From assembly GCA_014905635.1 (NCBI GenBank), contig JABVCE010000023.1:1-64000 (forward strand): a stretch of 64,000 nucleotides of DNA, in the 5' to 3' direction. This document shows, piece by piece, positions 51,892-64,000 of the stretch. Positions within the stretch are counted from its first letter, which is position 1. Every line of letters starts with the position of its first letter. Source of the DNA: Scenedesmus sp. PABB004 (taxonomy: Eukaryota). Below the pieces are notes generated by a model that made no database searches, had not been told where the DNA came from, and worked only from the letters and a program-made list of their open reading frames with translations. A program made the translations under genes and the position numbers.

Positions 51892-52683
51892 CCGCCGGCC
51901 GCCGCGCGGCCGCTACGTGCCCACCAGCGGCAGACGGACGTCCGCGACCACCAGGGGTGCCTGACCGGCGCACGCGGCGCAGCAGGCGAGCGCGAGCAGC
52001 GCGGCCAGCGAGCGGCGGGCGGCCGCCGCGCCGCGCATGGCGGGCTCGCGCTGGGCGCGAGGTGGCCGTGAGCTCTGAGCTGGCGGCCCTCCCACTGTGG
52101 GAGCGCGCCGCCCGCCTCGCGCGCGCCTGGGCGGCCTCCGCTAGCGCCTAGGGGCTCCGCTCGGGGCTGACAGCCCGCTCGCGCCGCCCCGCCTCTCCCG
52201 CTGGGCTTGAGACCGCTTAACTTGTACGTCCACGCCTAACTCACGCAGCGCCGCCGCCCCAGCGCGCCCCGGCGAGCAGCGCCCGCCTGCCCAGCCCGCG
52301 AGCAGCTGGCTCCGCGGGGGCCAGGCCCCGTGGCCGCCGCTCAGTCGCTGGTTTCAAGCCCCTGACCAGCCCTGGGCGCCGTCAGGGCGCGGCACGCCGC
52401 CGGCGAGCAGCCGGCGCCGCCGGCGAGCAGCGCCGCTGAGCTGCTGCCGCGCCGGCGCGCGGCTGCAGCTAGGCGCGTGGTGCGAGGGCCCAGACCCACC
52501 CCACGGTGTTCTAACGCCGTCGCGCCCATGGCTGCGCCCTACAAGCAGCTGGCGGCCAGCTACGGCGCGGGCCTGGCGCGCACCCACAGCGGCGGCGGCG
52601 GCGGCACGCCGCGGCGCCAGGCGCCCTCCCGCGGCGGCGGGCAGCTGCCGCTGGTGGTGGTGCTGTCCCTGGTCCTCGCCGGC
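51892..52683. repeat. Inverted repeat arm B: orphan exon 1, divergent promoter, GT64 anchor segment
   Basis: Reverse complement of 44127-44819. Confidence 0.92.
51925..52038 (-). pseudogene. Orphan copy of propeller-gene exon 1 (38-codon signal-peptide exon) with intact ATG and GT donor
   Basis: [40 protein letters not shown]; no downstream exons; faces the ARIA 3'UTR. Confidence 0.85.
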
Positions 52684-54634
52684 GCGGGCGCCACGGCGCT
52701 CCTCGCGAGCTGCGCGGGCCGCGCGCGCGGAGACCTGGCGCACCTGACGCCCGTGCCCGCGCGCAGCCTCAAGCTGGAGAGTGACTACACGCACAGCGGC
52801 GAGATCACGCGCCCCGCAGCGCCGGCCAAGGCCCCAGCGCCGCTGGCGGCCAGCGCGCCGCGCGCCCCGGCCGACGCGGGGCGGCGCGCCGCGCCCGCTG
52901 CCGCCGCTGCCGACGCCGCCGGCGCGGGTGCGGCGGGCGCCAACGCCTCGGCGCCCGCCGCCGCGCCGCGCGGCCGCGGCCTGGCGCCGGGCGTGCACCA
53001 CCTGGAGCTGCGCTGGCCCAGCCACGACGCCATCGGCGCCGAGCTCGCCGCGCTCGCTGCGCTCGCGGCGCAGCCCGGGCCGCCGTCCGACGCACCGCGC
53101 GGCGGTGCGGCTGGGGGCCCCGCCGGCGCCGCCAAGCCGGTGTCGGTGGTGATCATGAACTGGTCCCGCCCCCAGGTGCGCCGCCTGCCGTGGCGGGCTG
53201 CGCCGAGAACCTGCTGCGATGTGCTGAGCCGCCCCCGCCCGCGCCCGCGCGCCGCAGAACACGCGCGCGATCCTGGATGCCTACACCCAGGCGCGCCGCC
53301 GCCGCCCCCGCCGCCTGCGGCGCCGCCACAGCTGCCACTGCTGCCAGCGGCGCCGCGCGCCGGGCGCGCAACCGACCGCCGCCGCCGGCCGCCGCCGCCG
53401 GTCGCCGCCGCAGGACCCCGCGTACGCTGGGCTGGTGTCGGAGGTCATCGTGCTGCACCTGCGGCGGAGCAGCTACTTTGAATACCCCAGCCCCAAGGCG
53501 AGCCGGCGCGCGCGCATGTGTCAGACTCTAGCGTGGAGGGGGCGGCGGCGCGGGCGCCCGTCGCTGCGGCGCGCCGCAGCCGCCGCGACGCCTGCGCACC
53601 GCCCGCCGCGCTGTGCCAGGTGAAGCACGTGGTCGACTATGCGGCCAACGCAAAGCACGGCCTCAGCGTGCGATTCCTGGGCTGCCTGCTCGCCGCCGAG
53701 GCCGAGGTCCTGCTGCAGGCGCGGCGGGACTGCGCGGCGGTGGCGCCGCGCGCGGCTCGCGCGGCCTAGGCGCGGCGGCTCGGCGGCGGCGCGCCCGCGC
53801 AGCGCGCCGGGGCCGACCCCGCCCCGCCCCGCGCCCCGGCCCCGCCGCCTCGCAGGACGACGACGTGCTGGTGCTGCCCGGCGGCCTGGCCGACCTCGCC
53901 GCCGCGCGCGCCGAGGCGCCGCACCCCGCGCAGCTGGTCGGCTTCCGCGGCCGCGACTGGAACAGAACGCACGAGCCGTCGTGAGCGGCCGGGCCGCGCC
54001 GCCGCCGCCGCCCCCGTCGCCCCTGCCCTGCTCGCCGCCCCGGCCGGGCCGCCTCACCGCACCCTCCCTCTCGCCTCCCCCGCCCGCCCACCAGGTACAA
54101 CCGCGCCGAGCCCCGCCCCGGCTCGCACCCGGTCGCGCTGACCATCGCGCTCGCGGCGCCACGGCCCGTGTGCGCCGCGTTCTTCAAGTACGCCCCCGCA
54201 GTGGAGGACCTGGTCGCCGACGCGCTGCCCCTCTGGAACGGTCAGCCGCAGCGGCGCGGCCGCCACGCGCGCGCTCCCTCGGCTGCTGCCAGCCGGCCGC
54301 GGCCGGCGTCCGCGCGCGCTCGCGCGCCCGCCCACCCGCCCTCTCCCCCCGCGTGCCCGCAGGCGAGGACATCTTCCTGTCCCTGGTCAGCCACAAGCTC
54401 TCCTGCGCCCTGCCCCGCACGCTGCCCGGCGGCTGGCCGGAGAAGGCCGCGACCAGGCTGAAGTACTTCCTCGCGCCGTCCACGTCCGACGTGGGCATGC
54501 ACAAGCGCTTTGCCGCGAGCCACTTTGCGCACCGCCAGCGCTTCCTGCGCCTCGCGGCGCGCCGCCTCGGCGTGTACCAGCCGGGGCGCCGCTTCGCCGA
54601 GGGCTGCGGCGCCGCGCCGGCCGGCGGCGCGTGA
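52528..54634 (+). CDS. GT64 (exostosin C-terminal/EXTL2-like, GT-A fold) glycosyltransferase, type II membrane, 7 exons
   Basis: TM LPLVVVLSLVL; VSVVIMNWSRP, SEVIVLH, LSVRF, VLLQDDDVLV, LVGFRGR, WNGEDIFLSLV, HFAHRQRFL. Confidence 0.8.
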
Positions 54635-55173
54635 GGCGGCGGCGCGCGCTGGGCCGCGCGCGCGCGCCGAGCGAACGGCGGTTGACTCTCGTGCGGCGGT
54701 GCTCCTGGCCGCGGCGGCATTTCACAGCAGTTCCGAGGGGGGGGGGAGCTGAGGGGGGGGGGCGTGGACTGGGCTGACTGACGCACGGGCGATCGGCGGG
54801 CGGGCAGGAGCTCGAGTGACGGCTGTGTGAGCGAGCGCGCGACAAACTGGCGGACCCCCGCGGCGGCTGAGGTGACCGAGTGTTCTCACCCGCGCCGCCG
54901 CCAGACGCCGCGCCACGCTGCTCCTGTGCACCTTGCGCCAAACAGCCCGCCCGCCAGCAGCCCAGAGCGCTCACGCAGCAACGAAAGAGGGACCCGAGCG
55001 GCCGCGCACTGGAATGCACCCCGCCCCGCCCCGCCCGCCCCGCCCCGCCCGCCCGTGCGCGCGCCGCCGGCGGCGGTGCTCGGCGGCGCGCTGCCTGTGG
55101 CCCGACCAAATCCCCCCGCACGCAACGTCCCGGACAAGTGCAGTGAGCCGCCCCGCGCACGCCCCGCCGCCGC

Positions 55174-56110
55174 TCACTTGCCGGCGGCCAGCTGCGCCAT
55201 CGCCTTCGCCACCGCGGCGTCGCTGATCTCGCTGGTCGTCGACACCATGTGCCCCTCCAGCCCCGAGTCGACGGCCCCCGGCGTGGTCGTCAGGCAGCCG
55301 TGCTCCGTCACGTCTGCGGCGGCGGCGGCGGCGAGCACCCACCGGGCGGCCCCCGCCGGCGTCAGCGCTCCCGCACCCCGTCGCGCGCGCTCGCGCACCC
55401 GCGCCTCGCCGCGCGCGCCCCTCCCCGCGCGCCGCGCCGCGCCGTGCCGCGCCCCTCCCCCCGCGCGCCCCTCCCCCTGCGCCGCGCCGCGCGCACCGAG
55501 CTTGACCGCGCGCTGGATGGCCGCGCCCTCCGCGTCGACGGCAAAGATCTTCACGCAGAAGTCGTCGTGGATGCGTTGCACCGCGACGACGTGGGCGTTG
55601 GGCTTGACGATGCCCATGCGGCTCGCCATGACGATCGCCTCGCCCAGCACCGCGTCGCCGTGCGGCTGGGGCGTTGCGAGCATCGGCAGCAGCCCGCGCG
55701 TGAGCAGGCACTGCCGCGCGTTGTGCCTGCGCGGCGGCGGGGCGGGTCGGGCGGCGCGGGTCGGGTCGGCGCGGGCCGGCGGCAGGCGGCGCGGAGGCCG
55801 CGGCGCGCGGGCGGGCGGGGTTTTGGCGGGGTTGAGGGCTCACCGCCCCTCCAGCTTCCACTTGAGCGTGTCGCTGACGAGGCGCGGCACCACGAGCGTG
55901 AGGATGGGCATCGGCGGGCGGTACTTGGCCACCAGCTGCGCGGTGCGGCCTGCGAGGGGAGAGGGGGGGGGGGGGGCAGCATGGCCGCGGGCGCGGCGGC
56001 GGCGGGCCGGTCCGTGGGCGGCGCGCGCTCGCTCGCGGCGGCCCCGCCCCGGGGCAGCGAGGGCCGGCGGCGGCGGCGCAGTCGGCGGGCGGCGGGCGCG
56101 GCGCGGCGGT

Positions 56111-56161
<51 letters not shown>

Positions 56162-57860
56162 GCGCACGCGGCCGCACCGGTGTGTGTGTAGACGACGATG
56201 AGGCTCGCGCCGACCTTGTCCGCGGCGCGCACGGCGCTGCTGCTGATGCTCTCCAGCTTGCTCACGTAGGGCGAGGTGTGGAACAGCCGGTTGCTGCTGT
56301 CCGCCTTGGACATGCCCTGCGCGGCGCGGCGGGGCGGGGCGGGGCGGCGCGGGCGGCGCGGGGGCGGCGCGGGGCGGCGCGGGGGGCGGCGCGGGGGCGC
56401 GGCGCGGGGACGGGGCGCGGGGGCGGGGCAGGAGGGGAGGCCGGGGTGAGGGGAGCGCGCGGCGCGGCACTCAGAGGGCCGCCGGCGCGGCGCGGGCGGT
56501 GCGCGGCGCCGCGGTGCGCGGCGGCGCGCGGCGCGGCGGCGCGCGGCGCGGCGGCGCGCGGCGCGGCGCGCGCCTGGAGGTTGCCGTAGCTGGAGGGGCC
56601 GAAGCGCGTCATCGCCTTGATGGCGAGGCTGAGGCTGCTGAACGACTCGTTGCTCGGGATGCGGCGCGGCGCGCGGCCGCGCCCGGGCTCGTGGTCTGCT
56701 GCGGCGGCGCGCGGCGCGGCGCGGCGCGGGGTGAGGCGGCGGCGCGGGGTGCACGGACCGCGCGGGGCGCGCGCGGCGCGCGGCGCGCGCGGCGGTGCCG
56801 CGCACCCAGCTCTGTGAGGTCGCCCTGGCTGGAGAGCGGGCTGGCCTCGTCCCCGGGCGGCGAGTGCCCGCCGGGCGCCGCGTGCTCCTCCACCTCCCAG
56901 GCCGTGTCCAGCAGGTGGTCAAAGTGGTAGTGGTGGTCAAACACCTGGTGGTCAAAGTGGCAGTGGTGGCGGTCAAACGGCGGCGGTCAAACGGCGGCGG
57001 TCAAACAGCCGGTCAGACGCGTCGCTCAGCGCCGCGCGCGCCGCGGGCGGCCGCGCACGCCGCCAGCGGGCGCGCCACGGCGGCGGCGGCACGCGCGGCG
57101 GCGGCGGCGCGGGCGGGCGGCGCGGTGCGCGCGCCTTCTCTGCCTGGCGCGCGATGGAGACGAGCGTCTGCACGCTCTCAATGGGGAAGAACCCGCGCAG
57201 CGTCTCCTGGCCGAGCAGGATGCCGTCCACGCCGTCCAGCACAGCGTTGGCCACGTCTGTGTCAGGCAGCAACGGCAGGGAGTGTGAGCGTCAGTGTGTG
57301 TGTGTGTGTGGGGGGGGATGTGGAGGGCGCGCGAGGGGCGAGAGGAGGGGCGGCGCTGGCGCGCGGGGCCACGCGCGGGGGCGCCACGGCGCGCGCACCC
57401 GTCGCCTCGGCGCGCGTGGGGCGGGGCGAGACGGCCATCGTGTCGACGACGCGCGTGATGAGCACCGGCTTGCCCACCTGACCGCGCGCGCGCGGCGCGA
57501 CGACCGGGTGGGCGCGCGCGCCGCGCCGCCGGCCGCGCCGCGCCGCGCCCCGCCCGCGCCCCCGCACAGCACGCGGAAGCCCCGCCCGCGCGCGCGTGCG
57601 CCGCGCGAGCGCGCCGCGCGCGCACCAGGTTGCAGGACTGTATGAGTGTCTTTTGGATGAGCGCCATCTTCTCAGGCAGGCAGTCGAGGCCGAGGTTGCC
57701 CCTGCGCCGCGGGCGCGCGGCGAAAACAGGGCGGCGGCGCGCGCGCGGCGTCGGCCGCCGCGCGCCACGCGCGCGCCCACCCACCCACCCGCCCACCCGC
57801 CCACCCGCCCCCGCACCCGCCACCCACACCGACACCCACCCACCCACCCACCCACCCACC

Positions 57861-57923
<63 letters not shown>

Positions 57924-60458
57924 CCACGCCCCCGCCCAGCCCCCATGCAGCACACCCACCTGCTGATGATGATGCCGTCAGCCTCGTTGAGGATGCCCTT
58001 GAAGTTGAGCAGGCTCTGCCGGCTCTCCAGCTTGGCAAAGATCTTGGTCGTGCCGAGGCCCACCGCGTCGAGGAACTCGCGGGCCTCGACCACGTCGTCC
58101 ACGCTGCGCGCGCGCGCGCGGGAGGAGGGCGGGCGGCGGGGCGGGGCGGGGCGGGTCGGAGGGAGGGGCGTCACAACGGACCGGAGGGAGGGGCTTGGAG
58201 GGGCGACCGCGCGCGCGCGCGCGCGGGGCTGCGCGGCGGTGGTGTGCGGGCGGCGCACCTGCGCGTGTAGCTGAGGGAGATGAAGTCGACCTCATAGTCC
58301 TGTTGAGGGCGAGTGAGGGTGAGTGTGAGTGAGGTGATTGGTTGTGTGTGCGAGTGTGAGTGCAAGTGAGGGTGCGTGAGTGTGAGTGAGCGTTAGTGAG
58401 TGTGATTGGTTGCGGGGCAGTGTGAGTGAGTGGTAGTGAGGGTGCGTGAGTGCGTGCGAGTGAGTGTGCGAGTGTGCGTGTGCGATTGTGTGCGAGTGAG
58501 TGCGTGGCGCACGCCGCAGCGACAAACGCACGCGAGCCCGCGCCCCGCCCCGCCGCCCACGCGCGCACGCACAGCCCTAAACCCCCGCCCCCGCCCCCGC
58601 CGCGCCGCGCCGCGCGCCTGCGAGAGGGAGATGAGGCACTCCTTGTCGTAGTCGGAGAGGAGGGGCAGGTCGTTCTGCATGTTGAGCAGCTCGTCGCTGC
58701 TGCGCTCGACGTGGAACACCGTGAGCAGGCCGTCCAGCAGCGCCTCGTTCTTGGCCACGCACACGACGTCGGTGCCGTCGACCACCTCCACCACCTGGTT
58801 AGTGGGCGCGGGCGTGTGGGTGTGCGTGTGGGTGTGGGTGGGAGAGAGAGAGAGAGAGAGAAGGGCGCAGTCGGGCGGGCGCGCCAGCCCACGCGGCGGC
58901 CGGCCGCCCGCCGCCCGCCCACCTTCCCGCGCCCGCCCCGCCCGCCTTCCAACACCCACCCATGCCCCGCCCGCCCACCCCGCCCGCCCACCCCCGCCTG
59001 CACACCCACCTCGAGGTAGAGCGACGCGCTGTCGGCGCCGCTGACGAGGTAGCGGCCCACGTACAGCGTGTCGCCCTGCTCCATCATGCCAGCAAACTTG
59101 GTATACGTCACCGGCAGCACCGTGTCGCTGCACTCGACGTCTGGGAGGGAGGGGGAGGGGGGGGGGGGGGGGGGAGGGAGAGGGAGGGCGGCGGCACGGG
59201 GCGTGCGAGCGGCGGCGCGGGGCGTGAGCGGCAGCGGGTGGTGAGCGAGGGGCGACACGAGGCGCGAGCGAGCGCGATTGAGAGGGCGAGTGAGGGGGTG
59301 CGTTGTAGAGCGTTTGGGGTTTGTCCGGTCCCAAGGGAAGGCCCCCGCCGACGGGGCGCGGCGGGATCCGCCTGTGCAGGGTGCGCGGTGGGGGTCGCTC
59401 TGCCGCCAGGGAAATGCCGCGGCCGCAACGGACGGGTGCGGCGGCAGCGAGTGTCTGGGGCGCGTGCCGCGCAGCGCGCCGCGCGCTGCGCGCGCCGCGC
59501 CGCGCCGCGCCGCGCCGCTGCCCCCGCGGGGCGCGGGGGGGGGGGGGGGGGGCTTGCCGCCGTCCCGCCGCACCGCGCGTCGTGAGCGTGAGCGTCTGGC
59601 CCGCCGCCACGCTGATCTCCTGGCCCGCCTGGTTGGGCCAGCCGTCCGCCTCGATCCGGAAGGGGCGGCGGATCATCACCTGCGCCCGCCGGCACGGCCG
59701 CGTGAGCGCGCCGGCAGCGCCGCGCGACGCCCGTGACCCGCCCAGCCGGCCGGCCGGCGCGGGGGGCTGCCGCCGCGCCGCGCGCCGCGCGCCGCGCGCG
59801 CGTCGCGCGCGCCGCGCTGCGCTGCGCCGCACCTCGCGTCCGAGGGTGTCGAGCATGATTGCGCAGAGCTTGCGGCTCGCCTTCATCGCGCTCTGGAGGT
59901 TGTCCAGCGAGCGCCGGTGGTACTCGATGGGGCCCCAGGTCAGGTCAAAGCTGGGGGCAGAGGGAGAGGGAGAGAGGAGAGAGAGGGAGGGAGAGAGAGC
60001 GGGGTGGAGGGCGCGTGGGCGGGGTGCGGGCGCGTGGGCGCCGCCGCCGCGCGGCGAGGCGGCGCCCTCCCTCCCTCCGCGCGGCGGTGCGTAAGAGGTG
60101 CCCCCTCACCGCGCCGCCGACATGCCCGCCTCCAGCATCGCGACCTGCTTGTCCACCGCCTGGCATGCCGGGCCGATCGTGCCGACGATCTGCGCGGCGG
60201 CCGCGGCCGCGGCAGCAGGAGCGGCGCGTGTCGGCGGCGGCGGCGGCGGCGGCGCGGCCGCGCGGCCCTGCTCCTGCCCCCTCGCCCCCTTGACCACCCG
60301 CGCCGCGCGCCCGCCCCCGAGCGCCTCGCCGGCCTGCCGCCCGGCGCCCCGCGCCGCGCGCGCGCCTTGGTGGCGCAGTAGTTCTTGTCCGTGGGGTCGG
60401 CCGGCTCGAGGATGCTGTTGAGGTTCAGGTCCTGCAGGAAGTGCGTCTTGGACTTCAT
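55174..60458 (-). CDS. PYK: Pyruvate kinase (plant cytosolic-type), about 17 exons
   Basis: [91 protein letters not shown]. Confidence 0.96.
56110..56160. repeat. (GCA)n intronic microsatellite
   Basis: Directly visible; similar tracts at 17664-17697 and 9170-9196, (GGC)n at 45853-45906. Confidence 0.9.
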
Positions 60459-62353
60459 GGCTGCTGACGCTGCTGCTGATGCTGCTGCCGCTGCTGCTTC
60501 GTCTGCTGCTGCGCCTGGCCTGGTGCCTGGCTGGCGCGCCCGGCGCGTGCGGCGCGCTGCTGGCCGGCGATGACGGCGCCCCGCGGCGAGTGCTGGTGTG
60601 CTGACGCTGCGCCGCTGGCTGGCGCCGCGCCGGCTTGTGCGTCAGCGGGCCTGCGGCGCGGCGCGGCGCGGGGTGGGGCGGCGGCGCGCGCCGGGCAGCA
60701 GCAGCGCGCCGGCCGGGCGGCGGCTGCGACGCGCCGGCTCGCCGCGCCGCTGCACGGCGCGGGCTGGCGTTTGGGCCTGCCGCGGCCGGGCACCCGCGAG
60801 GGCGCACCGCCACGGCCGGCCTCGGCTGCGCGCGCTGCGCCAGTGCCTGCTGCCGCTCGCCCTCCCGCGGCGCCCCGGGCGGCCGATTGCGGGCGGGCGC
60901 GGGGCCCCGGATCCGCGTCTGCGCCCAGGGTGCTCCGGGCGAGCGCGGCGGCCTTCGTTCGCGCCAAGCGCTGCCCCATCACTGCAGCGCCGCGGCGCCC
61001 GCCGCGCCGCGATGCCCGCCGCGACGACGCCCGTGCGCGGCGCACCTGGAGCGCGCGATCAGTGTCACCGAGACGCAGCGGCGCGCGCGTTCGGGCCTGC
61101 AGGATGCTGCTACCGGGTGCGGGCGTTGGACGCCGCGACGGCGACGGCGTGCGAGCGCGCTGCTGAGCGCGGGTAGAGAGTGGCGTGAGGGCGGGAAGGC
61201 CGCGGCAACGAGGGCGCGCGACGGCTGCGGCGGCGGCGCAGCAGCAGGGCGCGGCGGCCGAGCGCGCATCGTCTGTCAGTCGTGCGTGGCGGATCGGGCC
61301 ATCACGCGCGTGGGCCCGGTCACCACGCCAGCACCACGTTGTCGTCGGGCTCCCCGCGGCGCAAGCGGCCGCCGCAGAAGAAGCAGAAAGCACGCAGGCA
61401 GCGCTGGGCGGCGCGCGCACGCAGAGAGCGCGGCGCCTGCAGCAACAACAAAAAGGAGGGGGGTGCGCCGCGCGAGCGGCGCACCGCGCTAGGATGACGA
61501 GGGACAAGGTGGAGAGCAGGGGCGGCCGCGCCGCGCCGCGCGAGGCGGCGGCGGGGCTCGTTCTTCGGTGGCGCCAGACGCGATCCAGGCTCTGCCGCAC
61601 GCCCGCCGCAGCGGCCGGGCAGTGCGGGGCAATCGGCGGTCGATCATCATCAACGACGCAGGCGGGGCGACCAGGCAGACAAACAGTCAGAGGCGCTCTC
61701 TTGGGGGGCCGCGCCGCGGGCCCCGCCGGCGCAGACCCCGCCAGGCGCCGGCCCGCGCTGTAAAAACGCGCGCGGGCCGGCGCCCTTGCGCGGCAGGGCG
61801 CGCCGGCGGGCGGCGGCGCGGCGCGCCGGCTAACGCGACGCGGCGCGCGTCGTTCGGTCCGTGCGACAAATGCTCTGCGCGCGCTGGGGCGGCTTTGCGC
61901 GCTGCATCGGCCGCCCCTGCGCGCGCGCGTCTCGACCCTGCACACCCCCAACCGCCCCCGCCCCCAAAAAGCACCACCCACCGCCGCGTGTGTTGTGTCC
62001 AGCGCGCGCCCGCCCGCCGCCCGCGCGGCTGGGCTGGGCCGCGGGCGCCGCCCGCCGCCCGCCCGCTTGCCGCAGCCGGGCGGGCGGGCGTGCGCCGCGG
62101 CAACTCAGCAACGCCAGCACCGCGTGACGAGGCAGCAAGTCTGTGATCCGAGGGTGGCGGGAGATCACAGCGCCGCCACCCCCCGTGCCCCCGTGCACCC
62201 GCCACCTGCAGAGCCCCCGCGCGCGCCCCCAAAACATACGCGCACGCCCCCGCCGCCGGCAGCGGCGTGCCGCGCGCGGGCTGCGCGGTGCGCCTGCAGC
62301 GCCGCCCGCGCGCGCGCGCGCGCGCGCGCCGCAGCGCTCCGCTGGCCTCTCGC

Positions 62354-63441
62354 TCAGGGCGCGGCCTCGATCTGGAACGAGCGCGGGCCGCCGCCCTCGC
62401 AGTGGATGTCCCACATGCGGTGCAGGAGGCGCTCCAGGTCGCGCACCCAGCGCTCGGTGTCAAAGAGCGGGCAGGTGAGGCGCGTGGCCTCGAGGCGCGC
62501 GCGCAGCGCGCCGCGCGCGCCCGCGTCGCTGCCGAGCGCGACCGCGCGCTCCTCGTACTCCGCCTGGCTGCCCACGACCATCTCGGCGCCCAGGCCCGAC
62601 GCGTGCGCGAGGCTCGCGGCGACGCGGCTCGCCATGCGCTCCATCGGCAGCGTGACCATCGGGCAGCCGCCCCAGAGCACGTCGCAGCCGGTCGTGTGCG
62701 CGTTGCAGAGCGGCGTGTCGAGGAAGACGTCGGCCAGGCCGCTGCGCCGGATGTGCAGGTCCTTGTGCGCCACGTCGGTGAAGATGATGCGCTCCGGCGA
62801 CACGCCCGCCGCCGCCGCCGCCGCGCGGATGTTGGCCTCGCCGTACGGCGGGAAGCGCAGCAGCCACAGCACGCTGCAACGACGCGTGCGGCAGGGCCCG
62901 GCGGCGAGCGCGGCGGCGCGTCGGCGGGCGCGCGGCTGCGCGGCTGCTGCGCCGGCGCGGCGCGCGGCGGCGCGCGCCGCGGGGCGCGCACCTGTCTGGC
63001 ACGCGGTGCAGGATGCGGCACCAGGTCGCAAAGGTGTCTGGGTCGTACTTGTACAGCTGGTTGCTGCAGCTGAAGATCACGCGGTCCTCGGGCAGCCCAA
63101 ACTCGGACCGCCGCGGCAGGCGCGACTTGTCGAGCACCTCCCTGCGCGGCGGCAGACGCGGCCGGCCGGCCGCGCGCGCGCGCCGCGTGAGCACAGCGCC
63201 GCCGGCACGCCGCGCCGCGGGGGCCAGCACGCGCCCCCGCCGCCGCCGCCGCCGCCGCGCGCGCGGCGCCGCCCGCCTTGCGCGTGCCTGTGCGCGCGCT
63301 TGTAGTCGTTGACAAAGTAGCAGTGCGGCATGAGCGCGAGCGCCTCGCTGTAGCAGTGCGCCAGCTCGGGCGGCGACACGACCGCGTCGCTGATGAGGTA
63401 CGGCAGGAACGGCGCGCCTGCGTGTGTGCGTGCGTGCGTGC

Positions 63442-63491
<50 letters not shown>

Positions 63492-64000
63492 TGATGGGGG
63501 GGGACGATGTCAGGACGAGGGTCAGGATGAGCGCGGGGCGGCGCACGCCGCGCGGGCGCGGCGCGCCAGCGGGGCGGGCGCGCGCAGCGAGGCGCAGCGC
63601 GGGCGCCGGCGTGGGCGCGGCGGCGGCGGCGCACCCGTGGTCGCGGGGAAGCCCATGTAGGAGGCCTGCACCGGCGCGGGGCGCAGCGCGAAGACCTCGT
63701 TGCGCGCGCCCTTGGTGTAGCCGTTGAGGTTGACCGCGACGTGCAGGCCGTCGGACGACATGCGGCCCGCGATGTCGCCGAGCGGCCAGCCCGACACGTC
63801 GACAAAGTGCTCGGCCTCGGCCTCGATGCGGCGCCGCCACTCGCTGCCGTCGCTCGGGCTGAGCGCGTAGCAGAACACCTCGACGCGCCCGCCCGCCGCG
63901 TGCGCGCCAAACACGCCGCCCATGAGGTGGCTCAGCGGGTGGTTGCCAAAGTCGCTCGACACGTAGCCGACGCGCAGGCGCTGCCCCGGCGCGAGGCGCG
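62354..64000 (-). CDS. SEC: O-GlcNAc transferase SEC-like (GT41), 3' part; runs off the window end
   Basis: [96 protein letters not shown]. Confidence 0.96.
63420..63490. repeat. (TG)n microsatellite in an OGT intron; (CA)n also at 57867-57908
   Basis: Directly visible. Confidence 0.95.

Noticed and set aside
44127..52683. Inverted repeats as terminal repeats of a DNA transposon
   Set aside because: No transposase, no target-site duplication, fuzzy ends, and the arms consist of host promoter and exon sequence.
61185..61763. + strand ORF and TGTAA between PYK and OGT
   Set aside because: No recognisable domain or coding-like exon structure; more likely promoter/UTR sequence.
62354..64000. 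OGT/SEC as part of the glycosyltransferase cluster
   Set aside because: A nucleocytoplasmic housekeeping enzyme, separated by pyruvate kinase and not sharing the promoter repeat.

Overview
Eukaryotic nuclear DNA from an extremely GC-rich (about 80% by eye), intron-dense green alga. Intron style, TGTAA poly(A) signals and TTTAGGG motifs suggest Chlorophyceae, probably Sphaeropleales (inference). Most ORFs in the supplied track are GC artefacts, so genes were rebuilt by hand from exon fragments and splice sites. About 21 genes: a partial coiled-coil gene, Deg10-like protease (many 1-bp indels), a secreted protein, RPL13, a TOG-array (crescerin-like) protein, YEATS/YAF9, a Gig2/PARP-like ADP-ribosyltransferase, a small RRLL-type secreted prepropeptide, BRCA1-like, YjbQ/UPF0047, LSM4, an ankyrin protein, an LRR receptor-like protein, PRP4 kinase, two tandem GT49 genes, a GT91/GH130-like beta-propeller, ARIA (ARM-BTB), GT64, pyruvate kinase and a partial SEC/OGT. 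The most striking region is 39.9-54.7 kb, a glycosyltransferase cluster. Two ~0.7-0.8 kb inverted repeats each carry a bidirectional promoter, a signal-peptide exon and a membrane-anchor segment, and they flank a potentially invertible ~7 kb segment. Next to it is a ~1.75 kb tandem duplication split by a foreign insert. Introns are also unusual: at least 18 GC-AG introns, G-rich donor / C-rich acceptor polarity, branch-point arrays and telomeric motifs.
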